DNA from: Bispira polyomma
Lineage: Eukaryota
Length of the DNA: 64,000 bases
NCBI GenBank assembly: GCA_965649765.1
Contig: OZ287750.1
Location: forward strand, 78,430,001 to 78,494,000
Direction: 5' to 3'
In this document: in pieces, positions 61,742-64,000 of the stretch
Layout: each line of letters opens with the position of its first letter
Position numbering within the stretch: the first letter of the stretch is position 1
Position numbers and translations under genes: made by a program
Notes under the pieces: generated by a model
What the model was told of the DNA's origin: nothing
Seen by the model: the letters and a program-made list of their open reading frames with translations, nothing else
The model's database searches: none

Positions 61742-62227
61742 AGTAGCGATCACACCTTCACATTCTATAATGCTGTTTACTCCAATTTTGAAGAACTTGT
61801 GTGAACTGGAGTAAACATCCTTAACTGTGCATAAACTGGACATAAATTGGTGAGATCGGTAATAACGGGAAGTAGAGCTGGCAATTTTGGACATGTTTAA
61901 AACTTCTGTGGATGGTCGGTTGTAAAAGCCCATCTGGAGAGAACTGGAGACAAGGGGTGAGGTCGGGGCTTAAACAGGGCTTAAACTGTTTAAAACTTGT
62001 GTGATCTCGACAGGACTGGTGTAATTTGGAGCAAATGTTGCATGAACGGGGGATGAACTGCATAGATCTGGTCTTGTCTGGGCATAAACTGGGTATATTC
62101 TGGCATGATCTAGTGAATGATATGCAAATGAGCAATTTCCCCTGTTCTTTCGCGACCAGCCAATTTCTTGTGGTTGGGAGTAAACTGGTATAAACGTGGC
62201 AAGAACTTGGACAGTGTGAACGCTACA
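61742..62227. mobile_element. Harbinger-type MITE with TAA TSD
   Basis: GTAGCGATCACAC / GTGTGAACGCTAC TIRs, TAA at 61739-61741 and 62228-62230. Confidence 0.75.
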
Positions 62228-63289
62228 TAAGAGAGAAGGCACGGATTAACACTACAATCTGAAATTTAAAATGTTTCATTGTACATCAAATTAACTTTCT
62301 TTTTTAGATATCAGTTGAATCTTACACGTGTCATGTGGGAGTTATCACTGATTGTACCAAAGTTTTAGGAAGAACAAACACAATTATATAATACATAGTA
62401 CATTGTTAATTGATCTCTGCGTGGACACGTCTTTGTTTGTGGGCTGAATACACCTTTGTTATCAATATGTCTTACATTTCAGTTGCTTATGTTTGATTTA
62501 TTTTCGATACTAAACACTCTCATCATAGAGATAAATCTGACAACCACCTATGTATGTCATCAATTAGTTTTATCAGTGGCTGATTTTCGCAAATAGAAAT
62601 ACACCTTAACCACCAGTTTTTCGGTAACCAGCTGGCTGGAAGTTATAGCTCTAAGGTATAATAATATAATACAGGACTAGACTGCAGTTAAAAGGTTGTA
62701 TTCTACAATTTTATTATAAGTAGGTAGAAATGCAAATTTAAAAGTTTATGTTGAGCATTAAGACATATAAGTTCACCTTACCCTAAGTCAATATCTAAAC
62801 ATTTTAACTACCATGAAGTCAGAAATATATACGACGAAGCGAGATCAATCAGTACACATGTACTGTAATTATGTACGGTGACCCTATGTACAAAAACTAT
62901 CTTACATACCAATGAAGAAACACTTATTTATGGTTACTCTAAAACTATATATATATATACATAACTACATAACACTGTGGAAATACTATTAACAATTTAA
63001 ATGCCACAGGCCACCACTACTGTGAATAATTAATAAAAACGTTAGTTGTATATAAAAAGAAATGTCGCAAGCTAGGAGCACTAACATATAAGATCTTATT
63101 TTATACAAGGACCTGATAATACTGGTCAGAATTATAATATATATACAAACCACTTAGTGCTGTGATTGCCAGTCATTTTATGTATTATGAGCAACTGCAT
63201 ACTGTTACATGGGACAAGATGAGTATTTAGTTAAATTTATTCTTTCTGTTATCCAACACTTATTAACTTCAACTTAGTCCGAACCCAAC

Positions 63290-63458
63290 ACTATTATTAT
63301 TTTTATTATAGATTTTTAACGCGCTTCATTAATGCTAGGCATCTTCTAACGTGCAACAGCAGAATCATTGGTCCAATCATTAAGTCCATGGGCATTGCAA
63401 AGTTGTAAGGAAGGTAGTGGGAGCGTGCACGAGGGAAGCTAAGGTGGGTAGGCAAGAC
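63290..63458 (-). mobile_element. Severely 5'-truncated copy of the L2 3' end
   Basis: Reverse complement matches 8410-8575 including the AAT tail. Confidence 0.88.
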
Positions 63459-63604
63459 CCACTACACCCGCATTCCTAAACGACATCACCCCCTCTGGCT
63501 GTACACTCCATAGAAATAAAGCCTGTCCCCCCTCTTTAGTTGTGTAAACTTATAATCTAGTAACTTGCTACTGCTGGAATTTGTTACTTGGATCTAGCGA
63601 TTAA

Positions 63605-63945
63605 TAGTCGCATGCTTAACAGTTGAGCTAAAGGGGAGACACTGGAAGGCCGAGTGTTTAATGCCCTGAAATACACTGATATTACATGCCTCTTCTCCAT
63701 AAAGACCTGTCCTCAGGTCTTATATGACTACATTATGATTCTTCTAAGCAATTCGCTTGATTAAGGGGGGGGGGATCTTGTGGCATCTCAATCATGTAAT
63801 ATTAAAAGAAATGTGGATTTGCTGTGATTTGAACCGTAAACTTTGCAGGTGTTGCGCCTAATAGTCACATGCTTAACAGTTAAGCTAAAGAGGGGACACT
63901 GAAAGCGCAAGTGTTTAATGCACTCGTATACATTGATATTACACT
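63605..63945. repeat. Direct repeat, ~260 bp spacing
   Basis: TAATAGTC.CATGCTTAACAGTT.AGCTAAAG...GTGTTTAATGC...TGATATTACA at ~63603 and ~63860. Confidence 0.75.
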
Positions 63946-64000
63946 TATTATTTCTGGGTGACGGTAAGTGGTGCCCAGCTATAATTGTTAACATAGCAGC

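Noticed and set aside
60700-62242. Cluster of short ORFs upstream of RGN
   Set aside because: No recognisable motifs; overlap a MITE and a short direct repeat (~60810-60845 / 60900-60935).

Overview
AT-rich eukaryotic (invertebrate animal, plausibly mollusc/lophotrochozoan; host assignment is tentative) genomic DNA dominated by nested transposable elements. From the left: LINE debris (a decayed L1/Tx1 ORF2 on minus; a near-intact L2 ORF2 inserted antisense into an older copy of its own family); three tyrosine-recombinase retrotransposons (DIRS order, Ngaro/PAT-type, no methyltransferase domain), one of them full length with split direct repeats A1-ORFs-B1-A2-spacer-B2 at 19635-26403; a NADAR/YbiA-like pseudo-exon; an internally deleted Polinton/Maverick (AGTAGT termini, packaging ATPase, satellite-expanded TIR); a second L1/Tx1 ORF2; a decayed PIF/Harbinger (transposase plus MADF-like ORF); several SINEs, MITEs and minisatellites. 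The one clear host gene is a six-coding-exon regucalcin/SMP30 (RGN) gene on minus, 54005-60223, 303 aa. Most interesting observations: (1) conserved phase-1 splice sites that would join the Gag N-terminal zinc finger in frame to the ATG-less tyrosine recombinase, (2) a GC-rich structured RNA cassette between the A2 and B2 repeats, (3) a conserved ~65-aa unknown domain in the Pol N-terminal extension. All calls are from manual reading; no database searches were run.
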